Assembly (NCBI RefSeq): GCF_006345805.1
Contig: NC_043018.1
Location: 26,908,001 to 26,972,000 of the forward strand
Length of the DNA stretch: 64,000 bases
Origin: Octopus sinensis
Lineage: Eukaryota
Direction: 5' to 3'
Below the pieces are notes generated by a model. That model was given only the letters and a program-made list of their open reading frames with translations. It searched no databases and was not told the origin of the DNA. Both the position numbers and the translations under genes were made by a program. Positions 63,201-64,000 of the stretch are shown here, piece by piece. How positions within the stretch are numbered: position 1 is the stretch's first letter; each line of letters begins with the position of its first letter.

Positions 63201-64000
63201 AGATATACAAATTACATATATGTATATGAATATATACAAATTACATATGTATATGAATATACACAAATTATATATATTTATATGAATATATACATATTAG
63301 ATATATGAATATGAAGATATACAAATTATATATATGTAAATGAAGATATACAAATTATATATATGTATATGAAGATATATAAATTAAATATATGTATATG
63401 AATATATACAAATTAAATATATGTATATGAATATATACAAATTATATACATGCATATGAATATCTACAAATTATATAATATGAATATTCACAAATCATAT
63501 ACTGCATATATTATATACAAATTATATATATGCATATGAATATGTACAAATTAATATATGCATATAAATATATACAAATTATATATCTGTCTACAAAATA
63601 TATAAATTAATATCTGTATACAAATGTATACAAATTATATATGTATACAAATTATATATTTGTATATAAACGTATACAAATTATATATTGTATATAAAGT
63701 ATACAAAGTATATATCATTATATATAAATTGTATATATTTATATACATATATATAAAATATACAAATTATATATATGATATAATTATATAACAAATTATA
63801 TATTTGTATATGAATATATACAAATTATATATATGTATATGAATATATACAAATATATATATGTATATAAATATATACAATTATATATATGTATATGAAT
63901 ATATACAAATTATATATATGTATATGAATATAACAATTATATATGTATATGAATATATACAAATCAATATATGTATATGAAATATACAAATTATATAGTG
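57272..64000. repeat. AT-rich 29-bp minisatellite, >6.7 kb, runs off the window
   Basis: Unit tatacaaattacatatatgtatatgaaga (58501-58529); starting variant atgcaaattgtatacaggtatgtaaatat. Confidence 0.96.

Overview
Repeat-dominated eukaryotic (invertebrate) DNA with no complete host protein-coding gene visible; nearly all long ORFs in the track are translated simple repeats. The SINE/MITE repertoire resembles octopus genomes (inference from recall of those families, not checked). Main contents: two near-complete, divergent Tx1 (L1-superfamily) retrotransposons joined head-to-tail (40187-50529) with a 17-bp duplication; extra Tx1 3' fragments; an abundant tRNA-derived SINE whose 3' tail matches the Tx1 3' end (probable SINE/LINE partnership); a decayed RTE LINE; a CRE-like REL-endonuclease relic; mariner, Tc1 and DD41D relics, some nested; GGATC-ended 8-bp-TSD MITEs containing TTAGGG; hAT, Tigger-like, Helitron and Helentron-like non-autonomous elements; several minimal hammerhead-ribozyme motifs in Penelope-like relics; and a satellite block of (AGCCA)n, a GC-rich 70-bp double-hairpin repeat and a >6.7-kb 29-bp minisatellite with higher-order structure next to Helitron-like termini. 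Three candidate minus-strand exons may belong to a host transcript. Coordinates were read by eye; boundaries of decayed elements are approximate.
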